Positions 45,914 to 56,016 of a stretch of DNA of 64,000 nt are shown here, in pieces (positions within the stretch are counted from its first letter, which is position 1; every line of letters starts with the position of its first letter). The stretch is from Hydrogenovibrio sp. (GTDB lineage Bacteria > Pseudomonadota > Gammaproteobacteria > Thiomicrospirales > Thiomicrospiraceae), in the NCBI GenBank assembly GCA_049975065.1, contig JBNGDN010000001.1, one strand, 5' to 3'. Made by a program: the position numbers and the translations under genes. The notes beneath the pieces were generated by a model that did not search any database, was not told the DNA's origin, and was given only the letters and a program-made list of their open reading frames with translations.

Positions 45914-46780
45914 ATGAGAGCCGATTTTCACTGCCACACCACCGCATCCGACGGTGCTTTGACACCACAGGCTCTGGTTGAGCGTGCTTTGGAAAAAGGG
46001 GTGACTGCCTTGGCGATCACCGATCACGATACCACTGCCGGTTATGAAGCGGTTCGCGACTATGCGGAAAAAAGGGGGTTGGATTTGATTCCCGCCTCGG
46101 AAATTTCCTGTCAGTGGCAGGGTCATACCATTCATGTGGTCGGATTGAATGTGGATGTGGATAATCCGCAATTGCAGTCGGGATTAAAGTGGAACCGCAT
46201 TTTGCGCTGGACGCGTGCCTTTGAAATGGATGTGAAATTTCAGAAACGCCGTTACGAGAGTGTTTTGAAATGGATATTGCCGGAGATTGGTGAAGGCATG
46301 ATTGGTCGTAATCATTTTGCGAAGGCCTTAATGGCGCAGGGCGTCACCAAAGATCATCAGCAGGCGTTTGACTGGTTTCTTAAGAAGGGCAAGCCGATGT
46401 ATGCTTCAGTGGCGTGGCCGGAGTTGAGTGAAGTGGTGCGCTGGATTCGTGAGGCTGACGGTGTGGCGGTGATTGCGCATCCGCATATTTACAAAATGGG
46501 GTCTAATAAGCTGAACCGAATGATTGAAGCCTTTAAGGAGGCTGGAGGGCAAGCGATTGAAGTGGTGAACCAGCCGCGCGTTTGTTCTGAGCAGATCGGC
46601 ATGGCGCAACGTGCGCAGCGTTACGGACTCTATGCGTCATTGGGGTCGGACTTTCATCGCCCAGAGCAGGTCTGGCGGGATTTGGGGTGGTTGGCACCGA
46701 TGCCGAAAAATTGTCGGCCGGTTTGGGAGTTGTTTCGTTCGGGAAGCTTGGCGTCCGGATTGAATTCGCCGATATCCTAG
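45914..46780 (+). CDS. yciV: PHP-domain phosphoesterase (TrpH/YciV, RNase AM type)
   Basis: DFHCHTTASDG...ALAITDHDT PHP motifs; followed by yciO and rluB as in E. coli. Confidence 0.85.
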   Translation: MRADFHCHTTASDGALTPQALVERALEKGVTALAITDHDTTAGYEAVRDYAEKRGLDLIPASEISCQWQGHTIHVVGLNVDVDNPQLQSGLKWNRILRWTRAFEMDVKFQKRRYESVLKWILPEIGEGMIGRNHFAKALMAQGVTKDHQQAFDWFLKKGKPMYASVAWPELSEVVRWIREADGVAVIAHPHIYKMGSNKLNRMIEAFKEAGGQAIEVVNQPRVCSEQIGMAQRAQRYGLYASLGSDFHRPEQVWRDLGWLAPMPKNCRPVWELFRSGSLASGLNSPIS

Positions 46781-46850
46781 GATATTTTGCGGGCATTTAC
46801 AGTATAATTTGCCCGCTTACCCACTGACCGTACCTTATCTGGAATTCATT

Positions 46851-47474
46851 GTGCGAAGAGAATGTCAATACCTATCGGTGCATCCCGATAACCCCCAAGA
46901 TCGAATTTTAAAGCAGGCGGTGGATATTTTGAACGCTGGCGGGGTTATTGCCTACCCGACGGAATCGGGTTACGCCTTGGGCTGTCTGCTGGATAACAAA
47001 GAAGGTGCCGACCGTATTCGAGCGATTCGGCGTTTGGATGATAAACATTATTTTACCCTCGTTTGCCCGGATTTAAGCCAGTTATCCGCGTATGCCAAGG
47101 TGGGCAATGTGCAGTTTCGTTATCTCAAGTCGCATTTGCCTGGGCCTTATACCTTTATTTTGCCGGCCAGCCGGGAGGTGCCGCGTCGCTTGCAAACGCC
47201 GAAACGCAAATACATCGGCTTGCGAGTGACACCCAATACCGTCACCAATGCGCTTTTGTCTTATTTTGATAAACCGTTGATTTCAGTGTCGTTGATTTTG
47301 CCCGGTGAAGAGTTGCCGATGACCGATGGCTGGAGCATTCAGGAAACGCTCGGGCACGCTTTGGATGCGGTGTTGGACGGCGGTTTTTGTGGTTTTGAGC
47401 CGACAACGGTGATTGATTTTACCGAGGATGTGCCCGTCTTGATTCGTCAGGGGCAGGGTGTATTTAATGATTGA
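46851..47474 (+). CDS. yciO: YciO (Sua5/YrdC/YciO family) protein
   Basis: ...VHPDNPQDRILKQAVDILNAGGVIAYPTESGYALGC... parallels the E. coli YciO N-terminus. GTG 46851 chosen by alignment; the track ORF starts at TTG 46809. Confidence 0.85.
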   Translation: MRRECQYLSVHPDNPQDRILKQAVDILNAGGVIAYPTESGYALGCLLDNKEGADRIRAIRRLDDKHYFTLVCPDLSQLSAYAKVGNVQFRYLKSHLPGPYTFILPASREVPRRLQTPKRKYIGLRVTPNTVTNALLSYFDKPLISVSLILPGEELPMTDGWSIQETLGHALDAVLDGGFCGFEPTTVIDFTEDVPVLIRQGQGVFND

Positions 47475-47497
47475 CCGAATATGAATGAGAGGATTTC

Positions 47498-48163
47498 ATG
47501 ATTGAACTATCCATTATGCAAAAAATTGCCATCTGGACGATTCCAGTGTTATTGGCAATCACCTTGCACGAAGCCGCACACGGTTGGGTGGCGTCCAAGT
47601 TGGGCGATAAAACCGCCGAAATGTTGGGGCGAGTGACGTTAAACCCCTTAAAGCACATTGATTTGGTCGGCACCATTATTGTGCCGATCGCGTTGCTGGT
47701 GTTGGGGGGATTTGTGTTCGGCTGGGCAAAAGCCGTGCCGGTGAATACCCGCAATTTTAAGAACCCTGCGCGGGATATGGCTTGGGTCGCGGTCGCGGGG
47801 CCCATGTCGAATTTGTTGATGGCCATTGGCTGGGCGGTGGTGGCTAAAATTGGGTATGACCTGTCAGCGGGAGCTGGCTCTGTCGATAATATTGGTCAGT
47901 TCCTGGCCTATTCAGGCATGGCTGGGGTCGCGATTAATTTGGTACTGCTGGTTTTAAATATGATTCCGATTCCGCCGCTGGATGGCAGTCGTGTTGTATC
48001 CGCCTTTTTGCCGAATGGCTTGGCTTACACTTATAATCGACTGGAGCCTTATGGCTTATTTATTTTATTGGGCATGATGTTTTTGGGTGTCTTGGGGCCG
48101 ATTATTTCCGGGCCTTATCAAGCTCTGCAAGGGTATTTGCTGCAACTGGTGGGGTTACATTAG
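47498..48163 (+). CDS. Site-2 protease family (peptidase M50) membrane metalloprotease
   Basis: HEAAHG zinc motif in the first TM region; polytopic. Confidence 0.8.
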   Translation: MIELSIMQKIAIWTIPVLLAITLHEAAHGWVASKLGDKTAEMLGRVTLNPLKHIDLVGTIIVPIALLVLGGFVFGWAKAVPVNTRNFKNPARDMAWVAVAGPMSNLLMAIGWAVVAKIGYDLSAGAGSVDNIGQFLAYSGMAGVAINLVLLVLNMIPIPPLDGSRVVSAFLPNGLAYTYNRLEPYGLFILLGMMFLGVLGPIISGPYQALQGYLLQLVGLH

Positions 48164-49210
48164 ATGACGTTTTACAAACAGGAACAGTCGCCTTCGTCGC
48201 CGAAGCGCAAACAGGATGCGCGTCAAGCGCCTGTTAAATCATCTGCTAAATCATCGGCTAAAACGTCCCGCTCGGGAACGCTCGGGGAGCGATTGCAGAA
48301 AATTTTAGCGCGCGGAGGCTTTGGTTCGCGTCGCGAAGTTGAAAAGCTGATTGAAGCAGGCCTGGTGAAAGTGAATGGTAAAGTCGCCGTGCTCGGCGAT
48401 CGCGCCCGAGAAACCGACACGATCCAGGTGCGCGATCAGCCAGTGCGCGAAACCCGACTGGCGGTGCAGCCGACTCAGGTCATTCTGTATAACAAGCCCG
48501 AAGGGCAGGTGTGTAGTCGCAAGGATGAAAAAGGGCGTGACACCATTTACAGTCATTTACCGCGTATCATCAACAGTCGCTGGGTCAGTGTGGGACGTTT
48601 GGATCTGAACACTTCCGGTTTGTTGGTGCTGACCAATAATGGCGAGCTGGCCAATCGGATGATGCACCCATCCTATGAAATGGAGCGTGAGTATTCGGTG
48701 CGGGTGTTTGGTGAGGTGTCCGACGAGATTTTGACGCGTCTTAAAAAAGGGGTCAAGCTGGAAGACGGCTGGGCGAAATTTGATCGCATCGATAAAATTC
48801 CCCAGCAAGAAGAGGATGCCATTAACCAGTGGTATCGGGTGGTGATCAAAGAGGGGCGCAACCGTGAAGTGCGTCGCATCTGGGAATCGCAAGGCGTGCA
48901 GGTCAGTCGTCTGGTGCGCACCCGTTATGGCGCCTTTGATTTGCCGCGAAATTTACGCCGTGGTAAATCAGAAGCCTTGACCTGGAAGCAAATCAATCAG
49001 TTGCTCAAATCGGTTGGTTTGCCGGAAGAACCCAGGCCGGATTTGCGCGAGCGCCTCGGCACGCCCGCAAAAGCGAAACCGGCGATTGAGCGCACCACCG
49101 GTCGTGGTGTCTATCGCCGCAAAGGTGAAAATCATCGTGAAGAAACGCTCAAAGAAGCGGCCAGTCCATATAAAGGTAAAAGCACCAGGCCTGGCAAAAC
49201 ACGTCGATAA
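48164..49210 (+). CDS. rluB: 23S rRNA pseudouridine synthase RluB
   Basis: S4 domain (RLQKILARGGFGSRREVEKLI..G.V.VNG), catalytic GRLD.NTSGLL motif, Lys/Arg-rich termini. Confidence 0.9.
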   Translation: MTFYKQEQSPSSPKRKQDARQAPVKSSAKSSAKTSRSGTLGERLQKILARGGFGSRREVEKLIEAGLVKVNGKVAVLGDRARETDTIQVRDQPVRETRLAVQPTQVILYNKPEGQVCSRKDEKGRDTIYSHLPRIINSRWVSVGRLDLNTSGLLVLTNNGELANRMMHPSYEMEREYSVRVFGEVSDEILTRLKKGVKLEDGWAKFDRIDKIPQQEEDAINQWYRVVIKEGRNREVRRIWESQGVQVSRLVRTRYGAFDLPRNLRRGKSEALTWKQINQLLKSVGLPEEPRPDLRERLGTPAKAKPAIERTTGRGVYRRKGENHREETLKEAASPYKGKSTRPGKTRR

Positions 49211-49259
49211 TGTGGGGCACCCGAAAGGGTTAAGTTAAACCTGTCTGTGGAGTTCGCAA

Positions 49260-49964
49260 GTGCATAAGAGTTTAGTGACCAATCTCATCAGCGTGCTGAT
49301 TTTGCTGGTTGGGTTTGTGACGGCCAACGATTGGCTGTTGATGGTGGGGCTGTTTGCTTTGTCGGGTGCGCTGACCAATTGGCTGGCGCTGCACATGCTG
49401 TTTGAAAAAGTACCCGGCCTGGTGGGTTCTGGAGTGGTTCCGGCACGCTTTGAAGATTTTAAAAACGCGATTCGTGATTTGATGATGCAGCAGTTTTTTA
49501 CCCAGGAAAACATTGATCGCTTTATCCGTCAGTCGGCCAAGCCAAGTCTGCATTTAGCCCCGGTGATTGAGAAGGTTGATTTAACGCTGGCCTATGACCG
49601 CTTGGTGGATGTGATTATGGCGTCCAGTTTTGGCAGTATGCTGGGGATGTTTGGTGGTAAAGAAGCGCTCACGCCGCTGAAAGAACCGTTTGTCACCCAT
49701 ATGAAATCGGCGCTGATTGAAATCACCGAGCGGGAATCGTTTGCGCAACTGTTACAGCAGCAGGTGGATCAGCCGGATGTGATGGCGGAAATCCGTCAGC
49801 AAATCGAAACCATTATCGAAGCGCGTCTGGCGGAGTTGACCCCAAAAATGGTCAAGGACATGGTGCAACAGATGATTCACCAACATTTGGGCTGGTTGGT
49901 GGTCTGGGGAGGCGTTTTCGGCGGCCTGATCGGGTTGGTCGCGCAGGGTTTAATGCAGGTTTAA
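49260..49964 (+). CDS. DUF445-family membrane protein
   Basis: 234 aa. N-terminal TM pair and ...TNWLALHMLFEKVPG... motif. GTG start. Confidence 0.6.
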   Translation: MHKSLVTNLISVLILLVGFVTANDWLLMVGLFALSGALTNWLALHMLFEKVPGLVGSGVVPARFEDFKNAIRDLMMQQFFTQENIDRFIRQSAKPSLHLAPVIEKVDLTLAYDRLVDVIMASSFGSMLGMFGGKEALTPLKEPFVTHMKSALIEITERESFAQLLQQQVDQPDVMAEIRQQIETIIEARLAELTPKMVKDMVQQMIHQHLGWLVVWGGVFGGLIGLVAQGLMQV

Positions 49965-50001
49965 CCGGCGGCTCCTTCAGGAAATGCGCTTGTTCGGGAC
50001 G

Positions 50002-50024
50002 AAAAAAACCCCGCATGCGCGGGG
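50002..50024 (-). terminator. Rho-independent terminator of the 50089-50787 gene
   Basis: On the - strand: ccccgc-gcat-gcgggg followed by ttttttt. Confidence 0.7.
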
Positions 50025-50088
50025 CAGGATATTTCGCATAACCGGTTGATTAAAACGCTTTACGCTTTGTCGGTTCGATTAAAGTATT

Positions 50089-50787
50089 CTAAACCACTTC
50101 AAACTCGTCCTGACGGGTCGGTGCTTTGTTGTTGGCTGAAGCTTCAGCTTCAGATTCTAAAGACGGAAGCCCTAAAGTTTCACGTCGAAAGTTTTCCATC
50201 CCTTTGGTCACGAGATCCGTGGTGGCGAGAAAATTATCTTTAATTGGACCTTCGAAGATTTTCAGTTCCTGCAAAATGGTTTGCGCTTCGTCAAAGCCTT
50301 TTTGCAAGCCGCCGCCGACAACGTCCATGAATTTATCCATCAAGGCTTCGCCTTCCAGACCTGGGTGGGATTTTTTAAACCCTTCCAGAAAGCCGGTGGC
50401 ACCCGATAGAATACGGTCGGCGGTGTTTTCCGGTGTCCAGTATTCCATGCCACCCTGTTTTTCCAGGTTTTCCATGCTGATGGCGTTTTCGCCTAGGTCT
50501 GGTGCCAAAATTTCATTGAGGTTGGTGATGGTGGACTGAAACGTCATTTTCAACGAGTCACTCATGGCCTGATTGGAGTCGCCGAATAAATGGGCGATCA
50601 AACTGGCTTGGTTTTGACTTTGGATGCTGGGATTGTTAATGGCGTTCGCACCTTTGGCAGCCTCGGAACCATTGGTTTTTTCGGTTTCGGCTTTTTGCGA
50701 CACTTGCTGGGAAATGTAGGCTTCACTCTGCATACTGGTATGCTTTTGATAGGCAATCATTCCGCTGGGTACAGATGAAATGGTCAT
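50089..50787 (-). CDS. Hypothetical protein (possibly DUF5610-like)
   Basis: The ATG at 50787 is preceded by AAGGAG. Acidic, Ser/Gln-rich N-terminal half. Family assignment is from memory only. Confidence 0.5.
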   Translation of the reverse strand: MTISSVPSGMIAYQKHTSMQSEAYISQQVSQKAETEKTNGSEAAKGANAINNPSIQSQNQASLIAHLFGDSNQAMSDSLKMTFQSTITNLNEILAPDLGENAISMENLEKQGGMEYWTPENTADRILSGATGFLEGFKKSHPGLEGEALMDKFMDVVGGGLQKGFDEAQTILQELKIFEGPIKDNFLATTDLVTKGMENFRRETLGLPSLESEAEASANNKAPTRQDEFEVV

Positions 50788-51140
50788 GGCATTGTTCTCC
50801 TTTTTGCTGGCGGGTTGGAGAAAACGGGGTTTGGTAAAGCCTTTCGTTCCGTTTGGCAACGAGATTTTGATGGTCTTTATCAAACGTTTAAAACGGTGAT
50901 ATTATTTTCGTCAAATTATGTATCTTTTAGTATTATCTTACGCCGATTTAATTTGAATGCAAAGCCTTTTCTCCATAGAAGTTATCGGCCGTTTAGAAAT
51001 AAGTTGAGTGGAAAATGTCAATAATATTCAATCGCCCTTGGTGAGCGATTTCGACCCGAGAAAAGCTGGGGCAAGCTGCTGATTGTGATGTGAAAAAATG
51101 GTATCATTCCGCTTTATTTTTGAATAATGGTTAACGTTTT

Positions 51141-52236
51141 ATGGAACTGAATCCGATTTACAGCAAAATCAAAGATTTTACCGAGCGCACAGACGTGCTT
51201 AGGGGGTATCTTTGACTATGAAACTCGGCAGGAACGCCTCGTTGAGGTTGATCGTGAGCTGGAAGATCCGGCCGTTTGGAGCGACCCAGAACGCGCCCAG
51301 AATTTAGGCAAAGAAAAAGCCCATCTGGATAAGGTGGTTAAAACCATCCAAGATTTGGACGGCAGTCTGGAATCGGCTCAGGAAATTCTGGAAATGGCGG
51401 AAATGGACGCCGATCAGGAAATGGTCGATGAAGTGGTCAGCGAGCTGGCGCGCCTAGAACAGGCGTTGGATACGTTGGAATTCCAACGTATGTTTTCCGG
51501 CGAGCTGGATGCCAATAATTGTTATCTGGAAATTCAAGCAGGGTCGGGTGGCACCGAAGCGCAGGACTGGGCTAATATGCTGCTGCGGATGTATTTACGC
51601 TGGGCGGAAAGCCGTGGGTTTAAAGCCGAATTAATGGAAGTGTCTGCCGGGGATGTGGCCGGCATCAAAGGCGCTACCGTGCATGTGCAAGGCGATTATG
51701 CCTTTGGCTGGTTGCGCACCGAAACCGGTGTGCACCGTCTGGTACGCAAGTCACCCTTCGATTCCGGCAACCGTCGTCACACCTCGTTTGCCTCCGTCTT
51801 TATCTCGCCGGAAATCGACGACAGTTTTGAGATTGAAATTAACCCGGCCGATTTACGAATCGACGTTTACCGCGCCAGTGGAGCCGGTGGTCAGCACGTT
51901 AACCGAACCGAGTCGGCGGTGCGGATAACCCACTTGCCGACCAATACGGTGACGCAATGTCAGAACGGGCGCTCGCAGCACCAGAACAAGGCCGAAGCCA
52001 TGAAGCAGTTGCGCGCCAAGCTTTACGAGTTGGAAATGCTGAGCCGTAACGCCGAGAAGCAGGAGTTGGAAGACAGCAAATCCGACATCGGTTGGGGCAG
52101 TCAGATTCGCTCTTACGTGCTGGACTCGGGCCGCATCAAGGATTTACGCACCAATGTCGAAACTGGTAATACCACGGCGGTGTTGGACGGTGATCTGGAT
52201 CAGTTCATCATTCCAAACCTGAAAGCGGGCGTCTGA
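51141..52236 (+). CDS. prfB: Peptide chain release factor 2, expressed through a programmed +1 frameshift
   Basis: ORF0 (ATG 51141, 24 codons) ends CTT TGA C. After skipping T51213 the +1 frame continues into the track ORF ending at 52236 and carries the SPF and GGQ motifs. Confidence 0.95.
51201..51216 (+). promoter_or_regulatory. RF2 autoregulatory +1 frameshift site (internal SD + CTT TGA C)
   Basis: agggggtatctttgac is the same as the E. coli prfB recoding cassette AGGGGGTATCTTTGAC. Confidence 0.95.
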
Positions 52237-52267
52237 CGATAGACGACTACGTTGTTCGGCAAAATAA

Positions 52268-52277
52268 CCAGGCCTGG
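52268..52277. repeat. Intergenic copy of the iterated palindrome CCAGGCCTGG
   Basis: Exact 10-mer in the prfB-lysS spacer. Its 24-nt context aaaataaccaggcctggtgaaaac is 22/24 identical to the context at 53943-53966. Confidence 0.95.
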
Positions 52278-52342
52278 TGAAAACCCGACGGCATTGGCAA
52301 CACAGAATTGAAACACTTTAAGCGATTTGAATAGGAAACAAC

Positions 52343-53869
52343 ATGGCAAACTCAGAAACACCCGGCACGACTGAAACCCCAGCCGTGGATGAAAACAAAA
52401 TCATTGCGGAAAGACGCGCCAAGCTCGCCGCTTTAAGAGAGGAAGGGCACTCCTACCCGAACACCTTCCGTCGTAACGACGTCTCCAGTGACTTGCACGA
52501 GCAATACGATGCCTTAAGCAAGGAAGAATTGGCGGAAATGCCGAAAGTGCGTGTGAAGGTGGCCGGGCGTATGTTGCTGCGTCGCATTATGGGGAAAGCC
52601 AGTTTTGCCACCTTACAGGATACGCATGGTCGTATTCAGATTTACGTGACACGCGATGAGTTGCCGGAAGGCTTTTACAACACTCAGTTCAAAAAGTGGG
52701 ATCTGGGTGATATCGTTGGTGCGGAAGGCTATTTGTTCAAAACCAATACCGGTGAATTGTCGGTACACGTTGAGCATATAGAGCTGATTACTAAGTCGCT
52801 GCGCCCCTTGCCGGATAAGTTCCACGGGTTGCAAGATCAGGAAATTAAATACCGCCAGCGCTACATTGATCTGATTGTTAACGAAGAAAGCCGCGAAACC
52901 TTTAAGCTGCGTTCTAAAATCGTTCAGCATGTGCGTCAATTCCTGATTGAAAAAGGCTTTATGGAAGTGGAAACCCCGATGATGCATGTCATTCCCGGTG
53001 GCGCCACCGCCAAGCCGTTCAATACCCACCACAATGCGCTGGACATGCCATTGTATCTGCGGATTGCACCGGAGTTGTATTTGAAACGGCTGGTGGTCGG
53101 CGGTTTCGAGAAGGTATTTGAAATTAACCGCAGCTTCCGCAACGAAGGCTTATCGACTCGACATAACCCGGAATTCACCATGGTGGAATTCTATGCCGCT
53201 TACACCGATTACCATCAGTTGATGGATTACACCGAAGCGTTGCTGAAAGAGTTGGCGGAAATGACCGTCGGCTCCACGCAGGTGCCGTATCAAGGGCAAA
53301 CCTTCGATTTTGGCAAGCCGTTTGCGCGCCTGACGATGAAAGACGCCATTTTGCAATACAATCCGAACATTGCCGCTGAACAATTGGACGATTTGGAATC
53401 GGCGCGCGCCATTGCCAAATCGTTGCATCTGGATTTGGACGAAAGTTGCGGTTTGGGCAAAGTGATGACTGAAATTTTTGAGGAAACGGTCGAAGAAAAG
53501 TTGATGGACCCAACGTTCATTACCGAATACCCGGCGGAAGTGTCGCCTTTGGCGCGTCGCAACGACAATAATCCGTTTATCACCGATCGTTTCGAGTTGT
53601 TTATCGGCGGCCGAGAGTTGGCGAATGGCTTTAACGAGCTAAACGATGCCGAAGATCAGGCCGAGCGCTTTAAAGCGCAGGTGGAAGCGAAAGACGCCGG
53701 TGACGATGAAGCCATGCATTACGATGAAGATTACATCACCGCTCTGGAGCATGGTATGCCGCCGACGGCGGGTGAAGGGATCGGTATTGACCGTTTGGTG
53801 ATGCTGTTTACCGATAAACCGTCGATTCGGGATGTGTTGTTATTCCCGCATATGCGCCCGGCGGATTAA
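52343..53869 (+). CDS. lysS: Lysine--tRNA ligase (class II)
   Basis: 508 aa with class II motifs (...FRNEG.S.RHNPEFT..E.Y...); prfB-lysS synteny. Confidence 0.97.
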   Translation: MANSETPGTTETPAVDENKIIAERRAKLAALREEGHSYPNTFRRNDVSSDLHEQYDALSKEELAEMPKVRVKVAGRMLLRRIMGKASFATLQDTHGRIQIYVTRDELPEGFYNTQFKKWDLGDIVGAEGYLFKTNTGELSVHVEHIELITKSLRPLPDKFHGLQDQEIKYRQRYIDLIVNEESRETFKLRSKIVQHVRQFLIEKGFMEVETPMMHVIPGGATAKPFNTHHNALDMPLYLRIAPELYLKRLVVGGFEKVFEINRSFRNEGLSTRHNPEFTMVEFYAAYTDYHQLMDYTEALLKELAEMTVGSTQVPYQGQTFDFGKPFARLTMKDAILQYNPNIAAEQLDDLESARAIAKSLHLDLDESCGLGKVMTEIFEETVEEKLMDPTFITEYPAEVSPLARRNDNNPFITDRFELFIGGRELANGFNELNDAEDQAERFKAQVEAKDAGDDEAMHYDEDYITALEHGMPPTAGEGIGIDRLVMLFTDKPSIRDVLLFPHMRPAD

Positions 53870-53894
53870 GCTCTCAACCCGTCAAAAACGATAC

Positions 53895-53928
53895 AAAAAG
53901 TCGCTGTTCTCAGCGACTTTTTGGTTTT
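53895..53928 (+). terminator. Rho-independent terminator of lysS
   Basis: aaaaagtcgctg-ttct-cagcgacttttt followed by ggtttt. Confidence 0.8.
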
Positions 53929-53949
53929 GAGCCAGCGTTGTGAAAATCA

Positions 53950-53959
53950 CCAGGCCTGG
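53950..53959. repeat. Intergenic copy of the iterated palindrome CCAGGCCTGG
   Basis: Exact 10-mer inside the 14-bp palindrome caCCAGGCCTGGtg, between the lysS terminator and the ygfZ stop. Confidence 0.95.
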
Positions 53960-53971
53960 TGGAAACGCTGG

Positions 53972-55036
53972 TCAGTCATCGGTTAAGTCATAGGGCAGCG
54001 GTTCAATATGGGCTGGGTCGCCGTTTTCGGTTTTCAGTTGCCCTTGGGCCTTTTCCAGTGGTTTTAACGTGGTGACGGCCAAGCAAACCACCCCTTCGAA
54101 TACATCGTGTGCGGCCAGGATAGTTGTGAATTTATAAGATTTGTCAGCCTCGTCGGTCAGGATGAAGGTCTCACCGGGTGCCATCGGGGTTGACTGGTTC
54201 AAGTGAAGTCGGAGCATACGCTTGGTGGCTTTGCCCCGGTAGTGCATACGGGCAATGACTTCCTGGCCGGGGAAGCAGCCTTTTTTAAAATTGATGGCGT
54301 CCAGCTTGTCGAGATTCAAAAATTGAGCGATGAATTCATTGCTGGTGTCCGCATTGACGCTGGGCTGGCCGCTGACAATTTGCAAAAGCCGCCAGTCGAG
54401 GTTGTTGGTGGCTTCCCCATTGGCTTTAAGCTGTGTCCACAGGGCTTTCATGGCCTCAAGCGGTCCGAAAAAGCTGTAGGTGTGGTAAGGTCCTGAACGT
54501 TTGACCGCGATCACATCGGTCAGCCCTTCCATTTCTAAGGACTTGGTTTCAAACAGTGCTTTGATTTTGGTGGTGACCAAGCGTTGAATGTCCACATCGG
54601 CGAAATCTCCGCCGTAACCAATGTGAACCCAGTCACTTGAGAGGTTTTCAAGGGTGACTTTCGCGTTCATTTTGTACAATGTTAAGCGTTTGAGAAGCGA
54701 TTCGGTCAGGCTGCCATCAAAATTTAAATAATAGGCGTCTTCGTGTTTGAATACCAGCAGCACGGCAAGTACCTTGCCTTGCGGTTCGCAGTAAGCACTC
54801 ATTTGTGCACGGGTTTCCGTGACTGAGCTTAAATCGTTGGTCAGTTGGCCTTGTAAGAATGAAAAAGCCTCTTCTCCAGAGACCTTAATCAGTGCTTGCG
54901 TGGCGAGGGTGGTAAAAACCGGCCCGTTTTTCACCATGTATCGCTCAATGTCTGCCAAGCCAAAAGTGGTGATGTCATCCTGCTCGTTCCACTGGGCACC
55001 CTGAGAAGAAAGAAACGCTTTCCATTCTGAATTCAT
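53972..55036 (-). CDS. ygfZ: Folate-binding tRNA-modification protein YgfZ
   Basis: Aminomethyltransferase-like fold with the signature KKGCFPGQE (KGC-[YF]-x-GQE). Confidence 0.85.
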   Translation of the reverse strand: MNSEWKAFLSSQGAQWNEQDDITTFGLADIERYMVKNGPVFTTLATQALIKVSGEEAFSFLQGQLTNDLSSVTETRAQMSAYCEPQGKVLAVLLVFKHEDAYYLNFDGSLTESLLKRLTLYKMNAKVTLENLSSDWVHIGYGGDFADVDIQRLVTTKIKALFETKSLEMEGLTDVIAVKRSGPYHTYSFFGPLEAMKALWTQLKANGEATNNLDWRLLQIVSGQPSVNADTSNEFIAQFLNLDKLDAINFKKGCFPGQEVIARMHYRGKATKRMLRLHLNQSTPMAPGETFILTDEADKSYKFTTILAAHDVFEGVVCLAVTTLKPLEKAQGQLKTENGDPAHIEPLPYDLTDD

Positions 55037-55344
55037 TTATGTGTCCTTCTGCATTATTTTTAAAGGTTTATTATACCTTGAAGCCTGTGCTGTGTCCCAA
55101 GCGTTATGGGCGATTAACGAGTAGACCGCCGAGCTTTGCTTCGTGAGTTTTTTTTAAACAGATTCTGTACTGTGTATAATAAGTTTTCATCACCTGTTGG
55201 ATTAAAATGATTGACGCGTGTGGTGTTTAGGTTCTTGGTTTTTCACCGAGTTCTTTTTTGAAGCCATTTTGGGTCAGTTTTGAGAAGGTGTGGTTAGCCC
55301 GAAGAGATGGTTACAGCCTGTTTTGTCGATTGGAGGAGTCACTT

Positions 55345-55896
55345 GTGGCCGAAGCGTTCAAAGAATTTTTGACATTTAAGTTGGGTAAGGAAGAGTTTGC
55401 GATAGCGATTGATCGTGTTCAGGAAATTCGTGGTTGGAAAGCGCCCAGTCCTTTACCGAATGTGCCTGCTTATGTAAAAGGGGTAATTGATATTCGCGGA
55501 ACCATTGTGCCGATTCTGGATTTGCGTCAACGGTTTCACATTCCCGCCGAATTCAAGGCCACGACGGTTGTAATAGTGGTGAATATTATGACCAGTCAAG
55601 GAGAGCGCATAGTTGGGCTGGTCGTGGATGCTGTTTCAGATGTCAATCACTTTGATGTGAACGCTTTGCAGCCACCGCCGGATATTTCCAACTCGATTGA
55701 CTCGCAATATATGCAAGGTCTGACAACGGTGCATGACCAGAAAGATCAGGTAAAAGAGACCGAGGATCGCATGAATCGAAGTAAAACAACCAAGGGGCAG
55801 ATGGTGATTGTGATTGACATTGATAAGCTGGCCTCGGAGGGGCTGATTGAGCAAATCGTCAATTCCGATGAGGCGGTGCCATTGCGAAATGGATAA
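55345..55896 (+). CDS. cheW: Chemotaxis coupling protein CheW
   Basis: ...FLTFKLGKEEFAI....V.EIRGW......PN.P.YVKGVIDIRG.IVPI.DLR... GTG 55345 lies 6 nt after GGAGGAG; the track ORF starts at 55258. Confidence 0.8.
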   Translation: MAEAFKEFLTFKLGKEEFAIAIDRVQEIRGWKAPSPLPNVPAYVKGVIDIRGTIVPILDLRQRFHIPAEFKATTVVIVVNIMTSQGERIVGLVVDAVSDVNHFDVNALQPPPDISNSIDSQYMQGLTTVHDQKDQVKETEDRMNRSKTTKGQMVIVIDIDKLASEGLIEQIVNSDEAVPLRNG

Positions 55897-56016
55897 GGCT
55901 CAAGAAGGCTTTATTCACAGTGACACTACACTAGAATCAGTACCTCCAGAGAGCATTTTTTTGTTTCGTCTGAGCGCAATTCTCGCAATGCTCATAATGA
56001 TTAGGGTCAGAGATTT

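Noticed and set aside
51334-51336. Apparent RF2 start codon at 51334 given by the ORF track
   Set aside because: It is an artefact of the programmed +1 frameshift. The true start is ATG 51141 and the frames join at 51213.
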